Position numbers and translations under genes: made by a program. A DNA stretch of 64,000 nt from Tubiluchus corallicola (taxonomy: Eukaryota > Animalia > Priapulida): contig JAQGDQ010001084.1 in NCBI GenBank assembly GCA_030141605.1, positions 1 through 64,000 on the forward strand, given 5' to 3'. The notes under the pieces are model-generated. The model was not told where the DNA came from. It saw only the letters and a list, made by a program, of their open reading frames with translations, and ran no database searches. Below are positions 38,401 through 64,000 of this stretch, piece after piece (the stretch's first letter is position 1; each line of letters begins with the position of its first letter).

Positions 38401-41400
38401 GAATTAAGACAGGTGAGGCAGCGAAAATTTTCATTAAAGCAAAAAAATTGCTGATACCAGTGCTGCGCATCCGGTGCTGGAGCCTCCGATGCAGAATTTC
38501 TCATTATGTGGATTTCTCACTGGACCAGTAGCAGACGTGTGACTGCATCCACTTATGCACAGATCTTCACAGGTAGCTTTGCCAACGATACGGCCACCTA
38601 GTGAAAAGACTAGCATTATAATTTGACTGTCATTTAACGGAAATGAAGAGTTTTTCCTCGGTGGCAATTCGCGGTATTTTTCAAAAGCAATTAAAGTTTA
38701 TGGACAAACATCTGATTAAGCGAACAGTATATAACACATACGAAGCATTAAAGTCAAAAGTAAATCCTCACTATTCAATTAATTTTATCACAAACTTACT
38801 GTAAAACTTTTTTTTGATTTTTTATCACTTCGTTGTTTGCGGTATTAAATTTGAACCGCCATTTTTCGTTGTGTGAGACGAATGATGTAATGAGGACAGC
38901 CACGAGTGAAAAAAGATCGGTAAACAAACCTCAGTAACCAAAGATGCTTTCTGCAATAAGTACGTGATTCTCGCTCTCTCGTGCACAAGATGCGGTCTTT
39001 ACGGCAATGCACGCATTCGATATGCGACAAAAAAGGTAAGTTATTTCATTTGTAAGTTACTTTTATCAAAAAGTAATTATAAATTCTTTGTGTGACCATA
39101 ATAATACAATAAAAACACCTCAATGTTTGTTGCGCTTATATAAACCTTTAATTTTTCAAATGAGAGTTTCTACAACAAATAGACACTGTAAAACAAACTG
39201 CTTTAAAAAAAACCCAAAGAAGCACGTACCAACAGCCAAGCTGCATATATAAAAAATTGTTCAAAATTGCTCCTTGACATTAATGCAAGTTAAGCAACAC
39301 ATATAAATATGGCAGAAATTATAGGGTTTCCAACAGGGATTATCTTTTCTTTAAAGTACCAACAGCCAAGCTGCATATATAAAAAATTGTTCAAAATTGC
39401 TCCTGAACATTAATGCAAGTTAAGCAACACATATAAATATGGCAGAAATTATAGGTTTTCCAACAGGGATCATCTTTTCTTTAAAGTACCAACAGCCAAG
39501 CTGCATATATAAAAAATTGTTCAAAATTGCTCCTGAACATTAATGCAAGTTAAGCAACACATATAAATATGGCAGAAATTATAGGTTTTCCAACAGGGAT
39601 CATCTTTTCTTTAAAGTGACAAAGATATCAATCTCCAATTCCATTTAATTGGAAATCACTATTAACATCCCACTCACATCATCCACTCTCTCAATGACAT
39701 TAGTAAAAAAATTTTAAAAGATTTAATTATTCGCTCAAAAAATTCCCGAAAGCAGCAACAGCGAGGCAAATTTTTCTACATTTTTTGCAAATTTTCAACA
39801 CGAAAAAGTAACAGAACTACAACTACATGGTAAAATGTTTCTTCTTGAATTATTAACATCAATGTATCACTAGCAGATATCATACATTTTGTGATTAAGT
39901 TATCACTTTTGCTGATGCTTTGTTCACTTTTCAGATAGAGTTATTTCTCACAAGCGCCATCTAGTGTCTATTTTTATAAACTTTCATCCTGACCACTTGA
40001 CACACAATTTACCTGCGTCTAGTACTCTAGTAACTACAGTTGCATCCATATCTGGAACAAATCCTTCTAGAATCAAAGAACCATTCATCATTGGTACTCC
40101 AGCCACCATAATACTATCCTTTATGGCCACGGTCTTTCCCGAGAGCTTTCCGGATGGCGCTCCCTGGATGTCACATCTCCAGTACCTGAAATTTTGAAAT
40201 GTGAAGCTGATGAGCTGTGTAACTCACCTAACTCATAATCCTAGGAGTAATGTAGTTTAGCACTGAAATGATTTCACAAATTTAAAAACATCATCGGCCT
40301 TGATCAACGATCAGTTCATATTCAGGTGAATGCAAAATTGAGTTTTACCAATTTTCATACTTTTTAAGCACAAGTGAAAAGTCCCAATTGATGAGCATGA
40401 AAAGACCAAAGTCAAATCTTTGAAAATCATGATCCGTGAAAATCTATTTGTACAAAAAAACTGCCAACAATGGTGGAACTCTTTACTTAGGTACTCTTAC
40501 CATTTACCATTAATTCAGGGGCGGAACTACATGTGGCAAGCAGAGGGGGGGGGCGCAAAAATTTTCTGGGGGGGGCAAGGTATCCGAAGTGGTTAAATAA
40601 TGGTTAAGCCAATTTTTAGCCCCTTTTATACTGCATGCAGGCCTATAATTAGCATGTGTGTAGGACGGCGTAGCGGACAGAGTAATAATGAGAAAATTAA
40701 CTGCATTGTTTTTGCTCTATTATTTCACTGCTGAACGAAGCTCGAGTGCTTACTGAGCCGTTTTGTTAACTAACAGTCTTTTGTGCAAAGACGCTAATGC
40801 TACTCAACGAGCTGCTTTGTTAACTGTTCCTGCCTGCCTCCTGAATAGATTACATACAAACAAATTAACTACATCCTGACTTTCAGGTAAACACATCTGG
40901 TCAGGCACGTATTAACAGTCAGAATAATTTAACTCGGTGACAAACTTTAATGATAAAAAATATTATTGTGCTACTGCAAAAAAAATTGTTTGTCCGATTT
41001 GGCAGGGGGGGCGCAAATTTTGACAGGGGGGCACGCGCCCCCTTAGCCACCTCCTAGTTCCGCCCCTGCATTAATTAACAAACATACAATATGACATGTT
41101 TGTACTCACAACCATGCTAATTCCATTTTTAAAAACCATGCATCTTAGAAACTACTTCACAGAAAAATCAAAAATTTTTGCAAAAAAAATCCTCCACAAA
41201 AAACAGAAGTCCGCCGACTTGAGCTTTAGTAACCCAAATGCAAAAAAACTTGCCAAGCATTATAAGGATTGTCTTCAGGTTTTGGTCGGTAACCGGGTGT
41301 CCGTGGATACTTCACTTCCGGCATCGGTTCCGTCAGCTCCGCTATTTTCCGAAATGATTGCATCACATCGCCCAGACATTCTGAAAAGTTACCTTCAATA

Positions 41401-44068
41401 CTAGCAGCAGTCACACATTTTAGATGTTATTTATTGAGAACTAGTCACATTTCTTGTGTGAAGCCTGGAGAGACTATTTATACAAGATGATTTTATGTAA
41501 TAATAATAATAATCATCTTTATTTAAAGTCGGCTTTTGGGTCAACAATTAACACTAGCTCAATGAGCTTTTATCGCCGACTGTAAATAACAACCTACAAC
41601 TACATAAGAGAGAACTATTATTACCCCACTTTTACCCTAAATACCACGCGTCAGGCAGGGCAAAGCAGGTACCATTTTTAAAGTCTTTGGTATGACCCGG
41701 CCGCTGGTTCGAACTCACGACCTCCCAGACGGAAAGCCGACGCATTACCACTAGACTAAACCGTCTGGTCAAGGTGCAACAGTAACTAACAGATCACCTC
41801 TGTATTCTTCCAGTTCTTCGTCGCAGCATCCTAAACCATAGTTTTCTGATATAGCTTGCAGTCGTGGTAATGTTGGAGGATTGACACCTCTAGCTCTGAG
41901 AGGTCCTGCAAAGTAAAAGTAAAGTGCGTGATTACGTTACAAGCTACAAAGATCACAAAAAATTGAAAATACAAAAAAGTCACATTTTAAATATTAAAAC
42001 ATTAATTGCATAGCAAGCAAACTTTATGCTTTATAGATAAAATGAAAACAGGCATTAACAGTATTTTTAATGAATAGCTGAATATTAAATCATACTGTTT
42101 GTGTTCTTTCTTTGCCTTAAAGAAGAAGAGAAGCTATTAGATGCTCAAAAAATCCATAGTGAAAATGTCTGTAAACAATGGCTTTTCAACAATTTCTGCA
42201 AGAAGGTTGAATTAAGCGAGCACTTTTGGCAAGCCCCAAATTTTTTCTTAATTTGCCGCATCAAAAAACTAAAGCAAATGTAGAGATGCTTGATGGTGCA
42301 TTGTTTGCTCAGCGATGCATCACTTTGAAATAAGAGAGTACCTGTGTGAGACCTCAGCTACTAATAAGAGACCGACCAGTTTATACATTGTTTACACAAC
42401 CAGCAAAACATAACTACCTTTCAAGTTAAGACTGAACTTTGTTTTGATTCCTAAAACTTTAAGAGAAGTGTTGGTTTTCTAGCCTAATTAATCCAACAAG
42501 TTATACTAAATTACTGCATCACATCGATCTGTGCATCCTAACTTGGCTAGAAAAGGCTAAGGCAAAAAATATGAAAAGTTGTTGCCAAAAAAATAAAAGC
42601 AAGTAGACATGCAAATAAGTTTAGGAATGACTGGTCCAGTCTAAGTCTTGTATTTCTATTAAATGTGACATGCAGAAGCGGCTCATGTATAGGCACTGTG
42701 GAACTGCAACACCCCCTATTTTCACTCGATATTATTGATAGCATTCAGTATAATGAATCTTTTTTTATTCTCAATTAAATACTTGTACATACTTTGACGG
42801 AACTGTGTGTTTCACAGTTCCCGCGACGAGATCTTTGGCTGTTGTGTAAGTAGTGTTTGGTTCTGACTCAGCGTGCATCGGGCTTAAAAACCATATATTC
42901 TTGAATGTGATAAAGTGTAGAATTGGATTCGTAATTATCATGCTTCCACAGCCATTCTATTCAATTATGTTTTTTCGGTTCTTTAATTTTACAGAAAATT
43001 CAAATAATTTAATCATGGCAATCTTGCATCCCCAAGAAATAAGTTCTGTGACAATAAGTGAACTTCAACATTGTTTTACACATATTACAACGGCAAAAAA
43101 ATTTTGAAGCAACACCCCACTAATTTTAACTATACGAACCACCACTGGTGACATGTATACAATTTATATTGATAATTTACCCAAAAGGTCGACCTTTTCC
43201 GATCGTCTGGCCGACCTTGGGCGACTGGAGGCGCTAAAACAATAGACAACCAAAAAAACTTAGTTCAGTTGGTTGTTGTATCTCTGTGTATTCCTTTTAG
43301 TTTCTGTCACAGGTTCATATCCTTCTCTAGTCTTTCTCTTTTAAAGTGCTACGTGCATGGTTTCAAATCATCACAGTAAAATCACATTCATTGTTTCGCA
43401 CTCATTTCCTCAAAAAATATCGTCTGCTCCGACCGGGAAAAACATCACATGAAAACGAGCAGGGTCAGTCGAGAACTGTACGACTTCCAGAGAAGAAAGG
43501 CGCTCTAGCGCATTTTTAACGGCAACGCCCTAGAGAAAAAAGCCAAAGGACCTAATACCAACTTCTCCCCTCAATTTGACGTCAGTTTGCTTTAAACTAA
43601 CTGACTAACGAAAAACAAAAATCAGTAATAATCCGATAAAATGCAAGCAAACGCAAAGATAATTACGTGTATGTTAATTTATAATGTTCCAACAAAGTTG
43701 AAATCGAAGTAACCTTGAAAAATTCTAGCTCATTCCGTACTCATCAAAAATATCAGTTAACTCTTTCAGCTAGCAAGCAAAATAAAGGACATGCCAGTAA
43801 CAAAAATTCAACCAGGTAGTACACAACTTGTTATTAGCAAAATAATTTTAATATTTAAAACATTAACGTGAAATTTGCAGTTATTTACCTGCTGCAGTAC
43901 TAACCAATTCTAGCTCAGTAATTCATAAAGTGATTGGATAAAACGACAAATTGATGGCAAGCTTGCAATTAGCAATCATCATCATACACTCCCTCGCCAA
44001 GGCACGTAGCGTGGTGTTATTAGTTTAACAGACTTACCGCTTTCAGAAGGCTGCGTAGATTCTGCCAT
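32412..44068 (-). CDS. Amidase-signature family amidase, paralog A (519 aa, 10 exons)
   Basis: Exons 44038-44068, 41798-41905, 41254-41380, 40013-40185, 38458-38597, 37876-38148, 35874-36030, 35284-35346, 34010-34297 and 32412-32611 splice in frame (1560 nt). Motifs: [43 protein letters not shown]. Confidence 0.93.
32755..33226. mobile_element. Tc1/mariner (Tigger/pogo-like) MITE
   Basis: TA|CAGTGTTCCCTCGC...GTGAGGGAACACTG. Reverse copy at 55147-55580. Confidence 0.8.
33549..33818 (+). mobile_element. tRNA-derived SINE with V-domain-like core and (TTA)n tail
   Basis: A box (tagtctagtgg), B box (gttcgaacc), core ggccgggtcataccaaagac..aaaaatggta, then aataaa and a (tta)n tail. Second copy at 41498-41770. 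Confidence 0.85.
35508..35834. mobile_element. Tc1/mariner-like MITE
   Basis: TA|CAGG..GTCGACAAAAAACATTCTTCCAAGTTAACTC ... GAGTTAGCTTGGGGAACATTTTTTCTGGACGACCTG|TA: long imperfect TIRs. Confidence 0.65.
36156..36573. mobile_element. hAT (Charlie-like) MITE, family 2
   Basis: TIRs CAGGGGTGTGCAAA / TTTGCACACCCCTG and 8-bp TSD ccctaaca. Confidence 0.88.
39225..39617. repeat. ~131-bp tandem repeat x3 (intronic)
   Basis: gtaccaacagccaagctgc recurs at ~39226, 39356 and 39486. A related segment lies at 36740-36885. Confidence 0.9.
40516..41068. mobile_element. hAT-type MITE, family 1
   Basis: TIRs CAGGGGCGGAACTA / TAGTTCCGCCCCTG and 8-bp TSD cattaatt. Confidence 0.88.
41498..41770 (-). mobile_element. 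tRNA-derived V-domain-like SINE (second copy)
   Basis: Reverse complement of 33549-33818 with high identity. Confidence 0.85.
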
Positions 44069-45722
44069 ATTTTCTTTCACGGGCAATAATAAAAATAAAT
44101 GAGCAACCGAGACTATCGAAATGAAACTTCACAGCACTCGCAGCACCGGCTTTTTTGCAAACTGCAAATTCAGCTTGAGTTTATGCATACAACAGCAGCA
44201 GCTACTAGGTAGTACTGTGTAAACTCAGCGAACACGTGGACCTCCGCGTGCAAACCAACGTACGTCAAGGTCGAAATGCGGATTACAAGAAAAGAAATAC
44301 TACACAGGCTTGCTTTCTATCTACAGAGAAAAACTAGTTGTATAGGAATGTTCTGGCTATAGCACGCCCGACTTTGTCTTTCGGTATTCATCTTTTGCCC
44401 TACCGACAAATTAATTTTGGCTATGATGATGATAAAACGTGTTATGGAATGCGAATTATATACGTGTGGGCGACGTTTACACCATCTATCGATGGAAAAC
44501 TGTAGTGGCAGCCATGTAGTTTATTAATTCACATTTTCTTTGCTTTTGGCTATCTATTCTAATAACATCTTATTTCACTTTAAACGAAGCGGTCAATGTT
44601 GTTACAGCCACTGTATAAATTTCACGATTGAGAATACTTGTTGCAACGAAAACATTTGCCATAGAGCCAATGAAACTTTGCACGCCACAATCACTTAGAG
44701 CCAGCTTCGATATAACAACTATTTCAAGAAGAACGATTTAATAACCGCGTCAATTATTAATAAATTAGTAAAGCTAAATAAAATATCTGAAAAGGTACCG
44801 CCCTTAAAAAAAGAAAAAATAAGCATAAATTTGGTGTATTCAATGTGTTTATTCTCCAACATTTAACACAAGTCCTTGTAAATAATTTGGAATGACTTAA
44901 ATATACAAAATATCTATAATAATACGGGGACGCTCACAAAAATTCATTACTATAGTTACAATACTAAAGCTACAGACAACTAAAGTTCAAAAAATCAGTG
45001 ACATACATAATTACAAGATTGAAAACTTAAGTGTTATCAATGAATTAGATAATCCTGTCAGAGTAACTAAAATGGACATTCACATAATATCTGCCATGTT
45101 ACTTTTGATTAAGGAAAATAATTATTGTAAACGAAAAAAAATTAAATTCCGATACTATAGTCTTTTTTGAAACAAAAATCTTAAGCTTTTAAAATTACTA
45201 GTTTGATAAGTAAGTAAAAATAATCAAAGTGATCCAAAATTGACAAATTTATAATAGAAAATTAGATATTTGCAGTACGTTAGGTCACAAATGTATGTAT
45301 ATTACGTATAATAGTATAAGAATAAAAATGGCAGAGGCAAAATTACTGCGAACATTAAAGATTTGCTATTGTGCACAAAAAATGATAGGAGCAATTTACA
45401 ATAGTAACACATTCGTATAGAAAGCTGATTGAAAATCAGAAATATTTCAATTTGGATATGATCGTGCTATACGGTGGTCTTACAAAATTATTAACAATGA
45501 CTTGACACCAACCAAATGCATTTAAGACAACCATTGGATATATCACACACGTACACAAAAGACAATGCATCTCTAAAACTAAATTAATATTAAAGCTATA
45601 ATGTTTCACAACACATTATTAAAAATAGCTGCCAGTTAGATACAACAAATTTAGGACAACACATGATGCATCTTTGTGATGAGGATTCAGAGTGGTGTGA
45701 GAAAGTTCTAGGTCATCAAGTT

Positions 45723-45961
45723 ACAACTTTTACTTCACAAGGTTCTGCACCGCCCTTTAGCATAGAGCTCTGGCATGAGCAGTAACTATGGCAATCAATA
45801 CAACTTTCAGTTCACAAAGTTGTGCACCACCCTTTAGCATAGAGCTCTGGCATGAGCAGTAACCATGGCAATCAATACAACTTTCAGTTCACAAGGTTCT
45901 GCACCACCCTTTAGCATAGAGCTCTGGCAGGAGCAGTAACCATGGCAATCAATACAACTTT
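45723..45961. repeat. ~78-bp tandem repeat x3 in the probable par-3 3' UTR
   Basis: ccctttagcatagagctctggc..gagcagtaac..tggcaatcaatacaacttt is repeated three times. Confidence 0.9.
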
Positions 45962-47291
45962 GTGCAATCAAGTCAAGTCTAATGAGCCACTTAAATGGAT
46001 GACTTTATAACAAGACCATAAAACTCTCAATGTTTTTACCAAAATACTAAATTGCCAAATGCCTTTATCGAAAACTTTTCAACACTGAGCAGAAATGTAA
46101 GCAACTATCTAATCAGCAACAGTTACATTGCAAATTAAAACCTATCTTTTCCGATCACACAAACATTTCCTAAACACATTACTTACATCATATAATAAAA
46201 TATATTTGGCCGGAATGTACTGAGCAAGTCAGTTTAGGATAACTTACAGAAACACTGCTCGTAAGGTGAATCATGAAACTCTGTATAAATGTAAGGCAAT
46301 TTTAAAGGACGGGTTGACTGCAACGACGTGGTTTTTAGACGGATAATCAATGAGCAAATTCGATTTTTGAGAAGTACAACATCGTAACCATGAAATTTCT
46401 GTTCACAAGGTCTTCCTGAGCATTTATTGTTCATACGAAACTCTCTCAGTCTCATGTTTGGACGGGTGTATACCAGTAGCAATATTAGGATGCTAAAACA
46501 GATACAAAACTACACATTTACTTTCTAAAGTTAATGCACAATTAACCCTATCAATCCCTCAAAATGTTAAGAATGTATGAAGCCAATAATCCTGTGCAGA
46601 AGATTTTCAACACTAAAGACTAAACTCTTTGAAGAAAATTCATTGTGGCACATGTATGGTAGCTGCCAGTGCATCAAATGAGCCTTACAACACTTCACAC
46701 TCACTAAAAAGTTCATGAAAATTTGCCCGAACAGAATCATTAATTCTTATCTAAGCAAATGTATGATACACTTTTCACATATTTACATTATTACAACAAT
46801 AAAACCTAAATAAGACAATTAAAAGCAAATAGTGTAAGAATCAAGATGGAACACGATTAGAATGATACACAGGAAAAACATGTATAAAATTAGCTGCTTA
46901 TTATTACTATGCAAAACTGCAAAGTGAAATGGTCAACTGTATTTAAAACCTTCGCAGGTAAAACTGCATTCAAAAACGGTATTTTACTATTAACAAACAA
47001 GCAACAAGCCGTGTAAGAAAAGCATAAAATATAATAAGATCATAACAAATGTTGAAAATTTTTACAAAACTTAAGGTAAGTCACATGAAATCTGGAAAAA
47101 ATATTATTCCAGTCACTTTATTTAGCAAAATATTGCAACAATATCAGTGTTTTGGTCGAGAATATGCCCACAGTGACCTTCGTTCAGCTTCAAGTGCTGT
47201 GAATCATGCACAAATTACACTTAAATTGCACAACAACAATACTACATTAACAAAAACAACAAATGGTTTAAACATTGAAACGTAAACAGTT

Positions 47292-62751
<15,460 letters not shown>

Positions 62752-63011
62752 CTAGACCAAACAACGCACAAAAATGAAAATCTTACTTCAACATGTTTTA
62801 ACATTTTTCGCCAAAATTTTCGCATATTTAATACACATTTCAGTAATTAATTTGAACTAAAAACAATGCAGAACAAATTAGTTTGATTTTGAACTTATTT
62901 CAATACTTTTCCCCCATCCCCAGAGCATGCAACAAACTTATGATGTATAGAAAATATGGCTCACATTAGCAGTTCCTCACACACACGAAATTAGTGTGTG
63001 AAGCGGATGAG

Positions 63012-63126
63012 TGTTAAGGATTAAGATTATGGTTAGGGTTAGGGTTGGGGTTGGGATTAATGCTTGCATATTAGGGTTGGGGGTGGGATTAATGCTTGTA
63101 TATTAGGGTTGGGGGTGAGGCTAGGA
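63012..63126 (+). repeat. Degenerate TTAGGG/TTGGGG simple repeat (G-rich)
   Basis: ggttagggttagggttggggttgggatt plus a ~33-bp local duplication. Confidence 0.6.
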
Positions 63127-64000
63127 TATTTAGATTGTGTGGGTAAATGTAAACTTCTACCGAAAATATAGAAAAACTTATTCTCCAGATCATGCTGTTT
63201 CATTACCAGTTTCAACATTTGTACACCTAACATGCAACCATAGATTTGATTTGCACAGAGAGATTGTGAGCCTCGATCTCGAACAATACTTCAAAACTGA
63301 GTCGCTCAAGGGCTGTTTTTGTCATACAATCACGAAAAGCAGTTTTTGTATTGCACAACACGGTTTATCTCCCATATAACACACCACCGCATATATGTAT
63401 TACAACATGGCACCCACTGTTGCCTCAGTTTTGGGGTGAGTCTAACAATCTCTCTCGGCACACATGACTATTTAGATCTATGTACGCAACCCACCAAAAA
63501 ACTCTAAAAGCGACACATCATTTGTACATTCTTGAGGTACGATGCTTAACTGTTTTTCTTTCCGAATTCATGCCATCTTATGTTTTATATTCTCTAACAT
63601 TACCAAACTAAGCTTGAATATTTAGTAAAACATGTAAGCAAATGTATTGTAAATGTTAACACAGTTTTTGCTGAAACATTTTGTAGCTGAAATGTATAAG
63701 GCAGTTTCTGAGGAACCATGAGAACTGGAACATCATAAGCTTGGCGTGTCGCAAAATAACAGCCCAGGCTTACGGTACATACTACTTTTCCTGATTACAA
63801 CTTCATGAATATTGGTAGATCAATCAGCTCAGATGATAACCATAACACAAATATTAACAACACAGAAAACTAGAAACTAGCACAGCTGCTAGGAAAGAAT
63901 GCGCAAAGTCTGGGGTTCAAATCTTAAAGCAGGTGGCAAAGATTTTTATGCCTTCCTAATTTAGTAATTTAATGCAGCATAAAATAATGCATTTATATAT

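Noticed and set aside
23812-44068. Bacterial contamination or recent horizontal transfer of the amidases
   Set aside because: Both genes have nine spliceosomal introns containing host transposons and sit next to par-3.
63012-63126. Telomere or interstitial telomeric array
   Set aside because: Only two or three perfect TTAGGG units in a short degenerate intronic patch.

Overview
AT-rich, intron-containing animal (invertebrate-type) genomic DNA, not prokaryotic. The exon models below were read by eye from splice sites and reading-frame continuity. From left to right: (1) a >5.6-kb inverted duplication (1-~5672) whose arms carry an RTE-type retrotransposon fragment and a Kolobok-like repeat. 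Its centre is a 45-bp minisatellite that reverses orientation at a micro-palindrome at 1968. (2) Three small orphan genes that the ORF track shows only in part: a secreted Tyr/Gly/His-rich protein (+, 7926-9822), an acidic frameshifted gene or pseudogene (+, 14786-16073) and a charged Cys-cluster protein (-, 17757-20946). (3) A 5S-rRNA-headed SINE with a 13-bp target-site duplication (13918-14265). (4) Two intact tandem 10-exon amidase-signature genes of the Rhodococcus AmdA/CX3C type (-, 23812-31818 and 32412-44068). (5) The 3' part of par-3/PARD3 (-, 47292 to >62751). Introns and intergenic DNA hold many hAT-, Tc1/mariner-, piggyBac- and Kolobok-like MITEs, V-domain tRNA SINEs and minisatellites. 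I found no clear multi-gene novel system. The strongest novelty candidates are the satellite-pivoted fold-back, the 5S/RTE SINE, the orphan genes and the diverged amidase pair.
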